The notes under the pieces were generated by a model, which saw only the letters and a program-made list of their open reading frames with translations, had not been told where the DNA came from and made no database searches. From a virus, in the UHGV virus genome UHGV-0082335: a stretch of DNA of 37,541 nucleotides. One strand, given 5' to 3'. Made by a program: the position numbers and the translations under genes. Each line of letters begins with the position of its first letter. Position 1 is the stretch's first letter. Below are positions 37,231 through 37,541 of this stretch, one piece after another.

Positions 37231-37541
<311 letters not shown>

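Overview
The window reads as one nearly complete, apparently intact temperate P22-like (Sf6/HK620-type) podovirus prophage or genome from an enterobacterium, densely coded on both strands and strongly mosaic. All calls rest on reading the supplied ORF translations and sequence against remembered reference proteins; no search or computation was run. Left to right: an IntS-type tyrosine integrase; a convergent tailspike; a P22-type immI region (ant, arc, mnt with Omnt/Oarc); a mnt-coupled pair of small secreted proteins; the ejection proteins, tail needle, tail hub, adaptor, Sf6-type coat, scaffold, portal and terminase; a lambda-type lysis cassette (Rz/Rz1, R, S) with Q and PR'; a nin region (rusA, HNH endonuclease, Rha antirepressor, Dam-like methyltransferase, ninB); DnaB-type helicase and an O-like initiator with internal iterons; a cro/cII/cI immunity region with nutR and nutL; then N and an early-left operon (erf, ssb-like, abc2-like, lar-like, ead-like). 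No rRNA, tRNA, CRISPR array or IS element was seen. The best candidates for undescribed biology are AT-rich moron-like inserts at known accessory hotspots: the two secreted proteins co-transcribed with mnt where P22 carries sieA, and a 156-aa ORF with its own terminator just after N. The tailspike also carries a divergent AT-rich receptor-binding domain.
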